A DNA stretch of 63,518 nucleotides, counting the filler, from Octopus bimaculoides (taxonomy: Eukaryota), in NCBI RefSeq assembly GCF_001194135.2. It is 7 parts of 7 records of this genome, joined end to end, with 100 filler letters (N's around TTAATTAATTAA, not from the genome) between each part and the next. Parts side by side here need not be neighbours in the genome. Positions count along the whole stretch, not along the records: positions 26,018 to 45,113 come from NC_069004.1; 6 more parts are not named here. One strand, given 5' to 3'. Below are positions 26,018 through 39,047 of the stretch, one piece after another. The position numbers were made by a program, and so were the translations under genes. Position 1 is the first letter of the stretch. Each line of letters opens with the position of its first letter. Under the pieces are notes generated by a model, which had not been told where the DNA came from, searched no databases, and worked only from the letters and a program-made list of their open reading frames with translations.

Positions 26018-26980
26018 CGTAAGTTCGTTCGTTCGTACGTATGTACGTACTTGTGTTAGTTCGTTCGTACGTACGTACGCTCCTTCGCAGGTCCGATCGT
26101 TCGTGCGTACGGATGTATGAACGTATGTTCATTCGTATGTACGTACGTTCATTCCTTCTTTCTTTCGTTCGTACGTACATACGCACGTCCGTAAATTCGT
26201 TCGTGCCTACGTACATACGTACGTTCGTTCTTACGTACGTATTTTCTTTCGTTATTTCCTGCCTACGTAATACGTACGTACATACGTAAGTTCGTTCGTT
26301 CGTACGTATGTACGTACTTGTGTTAGTTCGTTCGTACGTACGTACGCTCCTTCGCAGGTCCGATCGTTCGTGCGTACGGATGTATGAACGTATGTTCGTT
26401 CGTTCGTTCATTAGTACGTACGTAAGTACCTACGTTCGTTCGCTCACTCACTCTTACGATGTACGTACGTACGCTCGTTCGTTCCTACGTTAGTTCGTTC
26501 GTCCGTTCTTACGTACGTATGTTCGTTCTTTCCTTCGTACGTACTTACTTTTGTTCGTATGTTTATTCGTTCGTTCTTTAGTACGTTCGTACGGAATAAT
26601 GTACGTTCGTTTGTTCGTCCGTACGTACGTATGAACGTACGTTCGTTCATTCTTACGTACGAACGTTCATTCCTGCGTCCGGACGTACGTACAAACGTTC
26701 ATTCGTTCAAATGTACGTACGTTCGTCCGATATTTCGAGCCTACATACATACGTTCGTTCGTTCATACGTACGTACGTAAGTTCATTCTTTCGGTCGTTG
26801 TTACGTACGTACGTTCGTTCTCTCCTACGTACGTACGAGCGTTCGTTCGTTCGTAGGTACGTACGTACATTCATTCGTTCATTCCTCTGTTTGTTCGTTT
26901 GATTGTTTCGTTTGCTCCTTCGCTCGTTCGTTCGTAATGATGTACGTTGGTTCGTTCTTTTGTACGTACGTTCGATCGCA
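26018..26980. repeat. Degenerate CpG-rich (CGTA/CGTT)n satellite
   Basis: About 960 bp of mixed TACG/TTCG tetramers; a ~113-bp block at 26018 recurs at 26285 (offset 267). Confidence 0.92.
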
Positions 26981-27440
26981 CGTTCTTGTGGCCTCAGTCT
27001 CGTTCTTTTGGCGCCAGGCCCGTTATTGCATCCCTAGTGACGTTCTTGCGGCTTCGGGAACGCTTTTGCGGCGCCGGACACGTACTTACGGCCCCAGGTA
27101 TGTGTATTCGGCTCCAGACACGTTCTTGCGGTGCCAGGCACCTTCATGCGGCCCGAGGCGCGTTCTTGTGGACCGAGGCACGTTTTTGCGGCGCAAGGCA
27201 CGTTTTTGAGGCTGCAGACACGTTCTTGCGACGCCAGGCATGTTCTTGCGTCCCCGGGCACGTTATTACGTTTCCTGGCACGTTATTGCGGCCCCAGACA
27301 TGTTCTTGCGGCGCCGAAAACGTACTTGCAGAACCGGGCACGTTGTTGTGAAGCCGGACACGTTCTTGCGGTGCCAGGCACCTTCATGCGGCCCGAGGCG
27401 CGTTCTTGTGGACCGAGGCACGTTTTTGCGGCGCAAGGCA
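26981..27440. repeat. 20-bp GC-rich minisatellite, consensus about CGTTCTTGCGGCGCCAGGCA
   Basis: 23 consecutive 20-nt units in exact register; 27121-27200 is identical to 27361-27440 (offset 240 = 12 units). Runs into an N gap. Confidence 0.93.
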
Positions 27441-27937
27441 NNNNNNNNNNNNNNNNNNNNNNNNNNNNNNNNNNNNNNNNNNNNNNNNNNNNNNNNNNNN
27501 NNNNNNNNNNNNNNNNNNNNNNNNNNNNNNNNNNNNNNNNNNNNNNNNNNNNNNNNNNNNNNNNNNNNNNNNNNNNNNNNNNNNNNNNNNNNNNNNNNNN
27601 NNNNNNNNNNNNNNNNNNNNNNNNNNNNNNNNNNNNNNNNNNNNNNNNNNNNNNNNNNNNNNNNNNNNNNNNNNNNNNNNNNNNNNNNNNNNNNNNNNNN
27701 NNNNNNNNNNNNNNNNNNNNNNNNNNNNNNNNNNNNNNNNNNNNNNNNNNNNNNNNNNNNNNNNNNNNNNNNNNNNNNNNNNNNNNNNNNNNNNNNNNNN
27801 NNNNNNNNNNNNNATGGTGAAATAAATTCTCAGTTTTATTTTCAATATCTAAATACTCGCACAATACTAATGAAAGCAACTAAAATAAGCTGAAACTTCA
27901 AAGTAACTCAATCTTTTTCTTATGAAAATTAAAAAGA

Positions 27938-28593
27938 TGTGCATACTCGACAGAGTGTAAGTATCTTGAGAGAAAAGTTGAACCTAAGAAGCATCAGATG
28001 TGGTGTGCAAGAGAGACGATTGCACTGGTATGGACATGTGGCGAGAATGGATGAGGATAGCTGTGTGAAAATGTGCCACACCCTAGCGGTTGAGGGAACT
28101 TGTGGAAGAGGTAGACTCAGGAGACGGTGAAGCAAGACCTTCGAACATTAGGCCTCACCGAGGCAATGACTTCTGACCGAGACCTTTGGAAATATGCTGT
28201 GCGTGAGAAGACCTGGCAAGCCAAGTGAGACCATAATCTGAGGCCTCTGCCAGGGGAGTAGCCAGCCCACTTATGTGTACCTTTCCTTCTTTGGACACTA
28301 AACTCGGCTTGCAAAGATCTGTTGGGGCAAGTGAAACCGAAATCGTGATGGCACCTGTACCAGTGGAGTGCTAAGAGCACCGTCTGAGCGTGATCGTTGC
28401 CAGTACTGCCTGACTGGTCTTCGTGCCTGTGGCACGTAAAGGCACCCACTACACTCACGGAGTGGTTGGCATTCAGCTGTAAAAACTCTGCCAGATCAGA
28501 TTGGAGCCTGGTGAAGCCATCTGGTTCACCAGTCCTCAGTCAAATCGTCCAACCCATGCTAGCATGGAAAGTGGACGTTAAACGGTGATGATG
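27938..28593 (+). mobile_element. RTE-type LINE 3' end plus 3' UTR
   Basis: LREKLNLRSIRCGVQERRLHWYGHVARM...GRGRLRR...KQDLRTLGLTEAMTSDRDLWKYAV; the UTR ends in a short (GAT) tail. Confidence 0.82.
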
Positions 28594-29389
28594 AATGTAT
28601 TGAAAGGTATTCAGTGATCCTTCAATTGATTTTTGACTGTTTGTCTGCATAAAAGTCTCCCCCTCTCTCCCCCTCCGTGTGTGTCTTCCAACAAACTATT
28701 TTCATTTCTGTTCTTTCCAGCTCTTCTGTTGCTCTGCTTTACCTATGTCTCCCCCATCATTAAACAGAAACATCTCACACATGAAAACGGTATCTGAATA
28801 TTCCTTCAAGCTTCATAATGCCAATGTTTGGCCCCCAGTTTCTGCGATGGTAAGCAGAAGAGAGATAAATTTCCCTGGGATATGTTGATAGTCTATATGG
28901 AAATATTTTCAGATGGAACCACATTGATGTAAGAATAAAGACTGAGGGAAGTGGTGGTGGTGGTGGTGATGCACTTGCTGTTGATGGTCATGGGAATGCT
29001 GCTATTGATGCAGAGGTGGTGGTACTGATGATGATGATGATGATGATGATGATAATGGCAGTAGTAATAATAGTGGCATTGGTGGTGGTGGTGGCAATTG
29101 TAGTGGTTGTTGTTTATCTCAAAGTCAGCGCTGATCAAGCAGACCTATGATCAAAGGCAATCCAGTTGTGACCTCCCTATCTGTTAATAGATGTTTACGA
29201 CTACATTATTCAATGTGATGTGTCCTTTTCTCATAAGCAGCAAAGAGTCATGTAGCGTTGGTCTTTAGCCCCAAGAACAACAACCCTCTATGCTCAAAGG
29301 CATTCCAGCCATGACCAACCTGTCTTTATCTTCATCATTTAAAATCTAAACACCATTCTGATACAATTTGACCAGAGCTGCTCAGGTTC

Positions 29390-29715
29390 CATTTGTCTGT
29401 TCTGGCATAGTTTCTATGGCTGGATGCTGCCCTTCCTAATGCCAGCCACTTTACAGAGGGTGGCACTGGGTGCTTTAAACGTGGCACCAACACGAGTGCT
29501 TTTATGTGGCACCAGCACTCACGAACTTGAAAGACTAGCATCTGAGCTGATAGAGGGATGGATGCACGGACAGCCATCACTTGACGTGTCTCCTAAAGCA
29601 CAGCAGACCACTTTGTCCTTTGCCATCCCCTCTGTGAGGCCCAACTTCTGAAGATTCTTCCTGAGTCTACCCACTTCTACATGTTTCCTCCACAATTAGA
29701 GATCAGCACTTCTTG
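29390..29715 (-). mobile_element. Degenerate RTE-type LINE 3' fragment
   Basis: The reverse strand resembles the end of ORF and UTR at 28100-28450 (AGTGGGTAGACTCAGGAAG...TTGGGCCTCACAGAGG). Confidence 0.55.
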
Positions 29716-30727
29716 ATGCAGCTTAGAAAAAAAAAAGAAAAAAGAAAAACGCTAGGGTCAATTTGTTTGACTAAAACCCTTCAGCAAAAAGAGACCAACA
29801 GAACAAGTACAAGGCTTACAAAGAATAAGTCCTGGGGGTCAAGTTCTTCAACTAAAACCCTTCAAGGTGGTCTTCCAGTATGGCCACAGTCAAATGACTG
29901 AATGTGTATATATCTTTTATCTTTTACTTGTTTCAGTGACTGTACTGTGGCCTGCCTTGAAAGGGTTTTAGTCAAGCAAATGAACCCCAGGACTTATGTT
30001 TTTTTTTTTTAAAGCCTGATATTTATTCTTATTCTGTTGGTCTCTTTCGCAAACCAGGTTGTCAAGTGGTGGAGCAGGCAAACACACACACACATATATG
30101 ACAGGCTTCCATACAATTTCCATCTCTTAAATTCACTCACAAGGATTGGTCATCCTGAGCCCAAGGTGACACACAATGGAACTGAATCGAAAAGCAGGAG
30201 GCTGCAAAGGGGGCTCCAGAACTACATGGCCATGCCTGTGCCTACAGCTTCAGAATCCCATAGGAAATGGAACCCTGATTTAGTCCTTCCTTCTGGTTTA
30301 AACATTGCTGAGTTTGTTCTTGTTAGACGTTATTATTGCTGTTGTTGTTGTTTCTATGTGAAAGCAGTGAAGGCACAGAGGCAATGGTTGAAGTATTCGG
30401 CTCACAATCAAAAATCATGAGTTCAATTCCCGGCAACATGTTGTATCCTTGAGCAAGACACTTTACTTCACACAGCTGGGTTATACCTGTAATTGAAAAC
30501 GGTCAGCCTTGTCACATTCTGTGTTGTTACTGAATCTAGCTTAAGGGTTCATGCGCCTGTGAAGTGCTCAGTCACGTGTGAATTTAACCCTCGTTGTCAT
30601 TAGCAACCAGCGACAGAGTGCCAGTTATTTGAAAGCTGTACAAAGCCATTTTCAGATGATTTATACAAGAGATAGAGGGGGGGAGCAGAGGAGGAAGAGG
30701 AGGAGGGTAGAGACGTGCGAAAGTTAC

Positions 30728-30868
30728 CTTTAATGTGCAGCTGTCTTCTGTTAAACACCTGCTGCTCTGCTGCAGCATGGTTCATTGCAACCATCGTTTG
30801 CTTGTCTGTCACGTTGAGTAGCTTGGAGTAGTCTTCGGCTGCGAGAAATGCAGCCAGGCTTTCACTGA
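30728..30868 (-). CDS. CEP126: CEP126-like near-terminal exon (V-SESLAAFLAAEDYSKLLNVTDKQTMVAMNHAAAEQQVFNRRQLHIK-G)
   Basis: 141 nt, ATTTCAG acceptor, AAG|GTAAC donor, phase 1-1. VSESLAAFLAAE resembles CEP126 VSDSTSEFLMAE (recalled). Confidence 0.8.
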
Positions 30869-30892
30869 CTGAAATTGGGTGAGAAAGGTATA

Positions 30893-30935
<43 letters not shown>

Positions 30936-30946
30936 CNNNNNNNNNN

Positions 30947-30985
<39 letters not shown>

Positions 30986-32684
30986 CTGGTGGTGGGTTGG
31001 TGGTGGTGGTGGTGTAGGCTGTGAAGATGATGTACAAGGTGAGGGTGGTTGTACATGTTACTGTTCTCCCTTGTTATTGTTGGTGGTGGTGGGAGGGTGA
31101 AGGAGTAGGGAAGGTAGAAACGGTGTAGATGTTAATGCTGGTTGGTATTTGTTGTTAGTGGGTGGTAGAGGTATAGGTGATGACAATGAGGGGGTAGTGG
31201 TGGTAAGGGGGTTGATGATAAGGAGGATATAGGCATTATTGAGGGAGGCAGCCACCTGTTGCACATGGTGGTGATGGTGATGGTGGTGGTGGTGGTAGTG
31301 ATGGCAAAAAAATATATTTCTGCTGCAAATCTTTACCAATCTTCAGCAAAAACAACAACATCAATAACAAAATGTTACATTATTGATTATTAATTTCCCA
31401 TCATATATTTTATCACTTATAAATCACTAAAATAATTTACATAATTATAACTAAAGAATTTTTTTTTCTTTTATATATCAGTAAACTTTTTCAATGTCTG
31501 GTGAATGCTTAGAAGTGTAGAGTATTCTTCTATTTTCTAACTGAAACTGAAAAGAAGAAATTTCAGAAAAAGTCACTTATAACCTTTTAACATTTAAACT
31601 GTGTCCAGCCCAAATATTCTGCTTGTTTTATATTCAAACTGGCCGGATCTGGCCTCTCACACCCCTCACCCCATAATGTCATTCTACAACTAAACAATCA
31701 CAATATCAAAATCTTGAAACTACAAGTTAGTGCAAGATTAAAGTTGTGAGGTTTAAGCCTTTTTTTAGTTTTCCATATTGGTTTTTAGAGAACTTCTTTT
31801 GATTTTCAATGTGGCCAAAATTTCAACTGCAGTTGAGGGTGTCCCCAACCTTTGCTATAAAACAGTCACAAGCAAACTGCAGCCCTGGGTACTTTCTGAA
31901 TGGTACACCCTACAAAAAATTGCCTTACACCTTTTTCAGTAGAGCAGCTTGCCTGATAATTAGCCATGTGTCATGCTGCCTGCTTCTCAAAAAAAAGCTG
32001 CCACTGATTCAGGGATGATGATGATGATGATGGGCATACTTCATGAAGACCTGGTTATAATCCTTAAAAGACTGAATGTTAATTTCTGAAAAGATGATTG
32101 CACTCTGCCCTAATCCAATGCACTCACCACATGTTAATGCTGTGCACAAGTCCAATGGTGTTTTCAAACTGACAAATATCCATCTCCAATGGCTTACACA
32201 TCCTCACTGCAAACTCCACCAAAATCAGTACATTTTCAGCCCTCCCTTCCCTCACACCTCCTTTTTCTATTCACGAGAGCACTCAATAGAATTTCTTTCA
32301 ATATAATTCTTCATTCACGATGATCTTGGACAAGTTTAAAAGTTGGCAGTATCATATATATTAACCCTAACCACCTGCCTATGTCTTTCCATTTACAACC
32401 ATCACTGGACCCCACTTTCCAACAGCATATACTACATTACTTTCATCTGGTTCTGTGCCTACTTACAGCCAGGTAGGTTCAGGCCGAGCACAAAGTATAA
32501 CCTAGTGCCACACCCTCTTCAGTACAGAGCAACCCCTGCCCTCCTTCATCTTTCACTCTCCTCCCTTACATTGGGATGAAAATCAGCCAATTTTGTTTTT
32601 CTGGCAGGATTTGGACTTGAAAATAAAAGAGAAATAATTCAGACGTGGAAATTGCTGGAAAAAGAGAAGAAATATCAGACTCAC

Positions 32685-32781
32685 CTTGTGTGTGAACACT
32701 GGGCATTGGTTTCACTTTGTTCCGTACATTACTGTTCTCTGTCTTGCTCAATGTACCATCATAATAACAATGACTACTGTC

Positions 32782-32813
<32 letters not shown>

Positions 32814-33539
32814 TATTGTTGTTGTTATTGTGAATGGCATGAGAGTGTTGTTTGGCTTTCTGCTGTAGAAAGGCAAGTCGTCTCAGATAGTTGTCGGATT
32901 TCTCCATGGAGTTGAAATTGTCGAAACCATTCTGATGTACAATACTCAGGTTATTGCCCCAGCCTGGCATTTTGCAGGTGAGCAATCGACCATTAAAGTG
33001 AATGGGCTGTGTGTTTGCAGCTACCTGTTGTTGTTGTTGTTGTTGCTGCTGGTATTTTACATGTAGTTGTTGCTGGGGATGATGATGGTGTTTTTGGTGG
33101 TATGTAGAGTTCTGTTTGAAACAGGATTTCACTTTCTGCCACACCAAATTGATTTCTTCATCTGTGGGTGTCTTGTCTACATGGAGACCTACGGGTGGCT
33201 TGGATGGCACCCCACCAGCAGATAGCAGTTTTCTCCTCTCACCTAAGTTTGAAGCAGGCTTCTTGTTCCCGCTCTGGTTTGAAATGTTTGACAATGCCGG
33301 ACTGTTGACTGGAAGCGGGATCTGAGAACTGAACATATTCTTCAGCTTCCCCATGGTGATGTGTTGTATGCCAGGTTTCTTATCTGCAGGTTTCCCACTT
33401 GTCATAGTCTCGTTACAGCTGTTTGTCAATGCCTGGCCATCATTATTGACACTAGACTGTGGTATAATAAAAGCTTTTGCTGAAGGGCGACTTCCATACT
33501 GATTTTCTTGATTTTCTTTTACAATTCCACTCTTTTCAC
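32685..33539 (-). CDS. CEP126: CEP126-like exon (...RPSAKAFIIPQ...KTPTDEEINLVWQKVKSCF...poly-Q, poly-N)
   Basis: 855 nt, TTTTTGTAG acceptor, AAG|GTGAGT donor, phase 1-1, open throughout (includes ORF 32566-33429). Confidence 0.8.
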
Positions 33540-33649
33540 CTACAAAAACAAAGCATCACATTACCACAGCCTTTGGCATAAAACAGTCATAAGCATTGCA
33601 TGACACTGATGCTCATTCACAAATCTCATTTGGTATCAAGAAAAGGATG

Positions 33650-33748
<99 letters not shown>

Positions 33749-34573
33749 CAGGCTTCTTCCCATTTCCAATTACCAAACCCACTCAAAAGGCTGGGTCTAT
33801 ACTTGCCAAAGATGCCATGCAGTGGGATTGAACCTGAAATCATATGGCTGAAGAGCAAATTTCTTAGCCAGGCAGCCATGCCTACCTCTATAATGCTGAC
33901 CGCTGGGTAGAGAAATGCCTGAGATCGAAGAGGAAGGAAACTTTGGAAGGGGGAAACTGAGGAAGACATGGCCAGAAGTAATGAATGGTTAGACATGATG
34001 TGCGAGTGGACCTGTCCAACCCATACAAGCAGAGAAAAGCGAAGGTAATGATGGTGATGATGACAACATTGACAATGGTGGTGGCAATGATAATGATCAT
34101 AGTGATGAAGATGATGCTGATGATGATGCTGATGATGACTATAATGATCGATGATAATGATGACAAGGATGATGAAATATAAGCTTTTTTTTTAATGGGG
34201 TGGAGGGAGGACAGTACCAGTGACATTTTTCAGAAGTTCATCCCACTCAATATCTGACCCCTTATCCTTGCAACAAGATGGACCCAACTAACAGCACCCT
34301 TGGTTTGGTGGTAGTCTTATACAGGGTGATGGATTAAGTCAACTGCAGTCTGCACATGTGTATGTTTGTGTGTCACACCACTTGACAACCAGTGATGGTT
34401 TGTTTACAGTCTTGTCACTTAACAGTTCAACAGAAAGAGACTGACAGAATAAATACTAGGCTTAAAAAGAAGCACAGGAGTTGATTTGATTGACTAAAAC
34501 TTCTAAGGCTGCAGATCTCCCCCTCACGGCCACAGTCCAACGAATAAAACAAGACTGTGTGTTAACACCCTAC

Positions 34574-34733
34574 CTTGATATGTATTGGTGGGGTCAGCCT
34601 TACACTTCAAGCCAGTGGTCAATGGTTTGTCCGCTGCAAAACCTGCTATTTTGTCCTTAACAATGTTTGAAGTCTGCAACTGTTTCTCACACAGGATGTT
34701 CTCCATTGCAAAGTGAACATGCTTCTTGGATGG
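34574..34733 (-). CDS. CEP126: CEP126-like exon (PSKKHVHFAMENILCEKQLQTSNIVKDKIAGFAADKPLTTGLKCKADPTNTYQ-G)
   Basis: 160 nt, TTGACAG acceptor, AAG|GTAGGG donor, phase 0-1. It exactly bridges the phase mismatch between the flanking exons; KKHVHF sits where CEP126 has KKLRWF. Confidence 0.78.
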
Positions 34734-34887
34734 CTGTCAATAATTTAAACAATTTAAAAACAGAAATTAATGCAGAGTGGAAGACACAATAAAATAATTA
34801 CAGTCAACGTAATTCTCACCACAACCTTTTTGGCATTTTTCAAACGAAGCACATGGCTCAGTGGTCAGGGAACTTGGCTTGTAATCG

Positions 34888-34975
<88 letters not shown>

Positions 34976-35725
34976 CATACATATATATATATATANNNNN
35001 NNNNNNNNNNNNNNNNNNNNNNNNNNNNNNNNNNNNNNNNNNNNNNNNNNNNNNNNNNNNNNNNNNNNNNNNNNNNNNNNNNNNNNNNNNNNNNNNNNNN
35101 NNNNNNNNNNNNNNNNNNNNNNNNNNNNNNNNNNNNNNNNNNNNNNNNNNNNNNNNNNNNNNNNNNNNNNNNNNNNNNNNNNNNNNNNNNNNNNNNNNNN
35201 NNNNNNNNNNNNNNNNNNNNNNNNNNNNNNNNNNNNNNNNNNNNNNNNNNNNNNNNNNNNNNNNNNNNNNNNNNNNNNNNNNNNNNNNNNNNNNNNNNNN
35301 NNNNNNNNNNNNNNNNNNNNNNNNNNNNNNNNNNNNNNNNNNNNNNNNNNNNNNNNNNNNNNNNNNNNNNNNNNNNNNNNNNNNNNNNNNNNNNNNNNNN
35401 NNNNNNNNNNNNNNNNNNNNNNNNNNNNNNNNNNNNNNNNNNNNNNNNNNNNNNNNNNNNNNNNNNNNNNNNNNNNNNNNNNNNNNNNNNNNNNNNNNNN
35501 NNNNNNNNNNNNNNNNNNNNNNNNNNNNNNNNNNNNNNNNNNNNNNNNNNNNNNNNNNNNNNNNNNNNNNNNNNNNNNNNNNNNNNNNNNNNNNNNNNNN
35601 NNNNNNNNNNNNNNNNNNNNNNNNNNNNNNNNNNNNNNNNNNNNNNNNATATATGTATATATGTGAGAGAGAGAGAGAGAATGCATGCACATATTTCACA
35701 GCAAAAATATATCTTAAAAACATAC

Positions 35726-37125
35726 TTTCTCATTTCTGTCAGTATTCTCCCTTTGATTGGTTGAATAATGTAAACGAGTAATTTCCAGGCTGTCTTTTAG
35801 TTGAAAAGGGATTGCTGATTGGTTGACATTGGCATCAGTCTGATGTTTCAGAATACTACGGACAGATTTGCCATTCTTCTTAATCTGTGTCCCAGCTCTA
35901 ACTTCTTCACAACCATTACCATTTGTCTCAAGATTCTTTCCATTGGAATGGTAACTGTGAAAGTTGTGTTTCTTCTGATCTTTGTATCCTGGATGCGTTT
36001 CCTCTGATGCCAGAACCGACTGCTTTCTCACAATAACTTTTGGTGTTACATGGCAACAAGGCATTATAGGATTGTAATTATTATAGTTATTACTGTCATC
36101 ATCAATATCATCATCAGCATCACTATCATCATTGTCATTGTCCCATTTTTTTAATGCAGGACAACTTGAGTTTGATTTCTTTTGATTTGAAATGACAACA
36201 GTTGAGGCATTTTCTGGTCCAGTTTTACTAGCTTTCTTGTTTGCTGTCACATGATCAGATACTTCATGTTTTGCTTCAGGATTGGTTGAATTCCATCTGG
36301 TTTGACAGTTAGGGGATGAATTCTGTTTGTGTGCGTGACAATGGTTGACAAAATTATGCTTTATTTCTTGATGATTAGTGGTTGAATTCTGTCTTGTTCT
36401 TTGATAACTATTAGCTGAATTTTGTCTAATTGCTTGATGGTTATTGGCTGAAGTTTGCCTTGTTGATTGATAGCTAGTGGTTGAATACTGTTCTTTGGTT
36501 GGTGTAGTAGCATTGGTCACAGTATTCTTACAAGTAGATGCCATGTTACTTTTGGAACTCTCTGTAGTTTTATGAATTATAGAATTACAACCAGTTTGAA
36601 GAGCAACATCTGGTTGAGTGTCTGCATGTTGGTTTTCTGAAGCTGGCCCATTCAATTTAGAAGAACTATAAGAAATGTTAGAGGAAGTATTTGAAAAATT
36701 CGAAAGCTGTCTTTCATAAATATTATGTTTTGAAACTGTCCAAGTTCTTCCACCACTTAATGGCTTATTGTTTGGGTCAACTGTAGAATTTTGGGGCCAC
36801 TTGGTGTCTCTAATACAAGTATTTTCCATTTGACGATAATTTTCAAACTGATCACAATTTTCCATGGTACCATTTATTTTCTTGTCGTTCTTTAGATGAT
36901 TTCCAGGACTCGACCATGCTGTGATTGGTTTCACATTTGCAGAAGAGTGGGCAACTGTTTTAGGTCCTAAGAGAGACATTAACTGAGCAGCTTTGTGGTT
37001 TGACCATTTTGTTGAAGGCTCTGAATTTGGTAGGAGTTCCTGTTTGGTGGTACTATTATTGCAGCAGGAAGGATAGTCACCACAACCATTGCATTCTGAG
37101 TTGGCTTCACAAGTTCTATGGTTAC
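35726..37125 (-). CDS. CEP126: CEP126-like large low-complexity exon (S/T/N/Q-rich; ...GKSVRSILKH...QLKDSLEITR...)
   Basis: 1400 nt, TTTTCAG acceptor, AAA|GTATGT donor, phase 1-0, no stops. RSILK and KDSLEIT resemble CEP126 KSILK and RDSIELT (recalled). Confidence 0.82.
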
Positions 37126-37349
37126 CTGAAAATATGGATATGTATCATCAATACTACAGTCATGTAAGAGAATGGAAAAAAAGAATGAAACATTGCTTCA
37201 ATGGTCCAACTCTGAATATATTTTAATTGAATTTTCACTCATAATACCTATTGTTTCTCTCCTAATTTCACTCACAACATAACCATGCCTTCATCTATTT
37301 AGAAACAAACATGAGACATAAAATCAAGACAGATTGTGAATAATCTCAC

Positions 37350-37871
37350 CATTTAAAGAATGCTGTTCATCAATCATTTTGTTACCATTGCCAACCAAAA
37401 GCATCTTATTATATTTGGTAATATGGTCACCGATGGCTATAGAAGTGTTTTGGTTTGATGCACTTGATGGTAGCTTGCATTTCTTCCTGTAAGTCTCACT
37501 GCTAGAAATACTTTGATCAGAGTCGCTTAGGTCTTCTTTTGATGCAGGGGATGCCCCCTGATCAAATGGTTGCTGTTGATGTCTTCGCAGTTGCTGCTCA
37601 AACAAGTCCCGGTTGTTGACCATAGCTTTTAAGTTCTTCTGGCTGCACAAAGTTGCTCTCTCAGAAGGATTCAACAAATACTGTAATTGGGACGGTGTGT
37701 GAATGGGTGGTTTTGTGGTTAGGACAGCATTACCAAACTGAACTTCCTTCGGTAGTTTTGCTGAGTGGGATCGAAGTGGTTTAGTGGTTTGACTTGTTGC
37801 CTTACTGTTAGATGTCTCACCTCGTATGATCTGGAGCACTTCCTCCAGGGGCGTATTAGGACAACTTGCTC
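37350..37871 (-). CDS. CEP126: CEP126-like exon (GASCPNTPLEEVLQIIRG...)
   Basis: CAG acceptor at 37874-37872; PLEEVLQII resembles CEP126 PLEEALKQI. The frame is open to 37324. Best donor is ATG|GTGAGA (exon end 37350); phase-1-compatible alternatives end at 37386, 37431 and 37500. Confidence 0.78.
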
Positions 37872-39047
37872 CTGCAACAAAGAAAAAAGGCCATTAATCA
37901 TTTAACCCTAACTTCATCTTAAATACCTCAATTCAATGTTAAATTCTTGATGTTAGTCTTAAGTACCTAATCATAACCTTAGAAGTATCTAAGTACCCCC
38001 TCTAATATGAGCCAGGGTGTTTGTGTACTAATAGGGGTTTCAGTCAATTGATCAAAGGTTCTTTTCATTGTTACCACATTATATGACTGTCTTTTATCTT
38101 TTACTTGTTTCAGCCATTAAACTATGGCCATGCTGGGGTACTGCCTTCAAGAACTTTCGTCAAACAAATTGATTCAAGACTTCTCTTTTAAAACCTGATA
38201 CTTATTCTGTCAGTCAGTTTTGCTGTTATGGAGATGTCAATTGATGGTGACCACACACACACAACAGGCTTCTTTGAGTTTCTGTCTACTAAATCCACTT
38301 GCAAGGCTTTAGTCAGCCCAAGTCTATAGTAGAAGACACTTGCTCAAGGTGCCATGCAATGGAACTGAACCTGGAACTACATGGTTGAGAAGTAAACTTC
38401 TTAACACACAGCTACACCTCTATGTACATTATGTTATTAAAACATGTCTGCAATCAAAAACAGCTAAATACCCCTAGCTTGAAGGAATTCCTACAAAACA
38501 GGTCTCCTTTGTAAGTAACAGCAGCACTGAGACCTCTATGGAACATTCAGCTGCCCTCATGAATAGCATGAACCTAACAAATTTACATTTCTATATTTGT
38601 TCCAGCTCTGTGTCCTGTGTTCAAATCTTGCTATGGCCTACTTGAAGAGTAAAACTACTCCATTCCCTCGTTTAATATTACCACCAGACTCTTTGAATTT
38701 CTTTTGCAAAGTTTTCTCTGCAACAAGCACTCACAGCAGATTTCTTACTTGAGGACACCTACCTCTCTATTTTCCTCCCTCTCATCAATAAAAGCCACCG
38801 GCACAGCCCTTTCCTCTGTCATGAGCCCCCCCCCCCCACAGGGACTCATAAATAGCCAGAGCTTAACCTAGTTTCAAAGGCATATAACTTCCCCTACTGC
38901 ACAGGACATTGGTTCATTGCAGTGGAATCGTGAATGCACCACTTGGTCCAGCAACCCAAACTACAATTTTATGATTGTGACTCTGACCACACTAACCATT
39001 AAGCCATGCAATTTCATCCTCACTTAATGATAAGAAAAAGATAAAGT

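Noticed and set aside
26981-27440. CRISPR-like regular array
   Set aside because: Contiguous degenerate units with no unique spacers, eukaryotic context and no cas genes.
26947-27893. Repetitive Arg/Cys-rich ORFs (TFLRRQA, ARSCGPR) in several frames
   Set aside because: Products of the 20-bp minisatellite; several frames and both strands are open, with no convincing start, splice or stop context.
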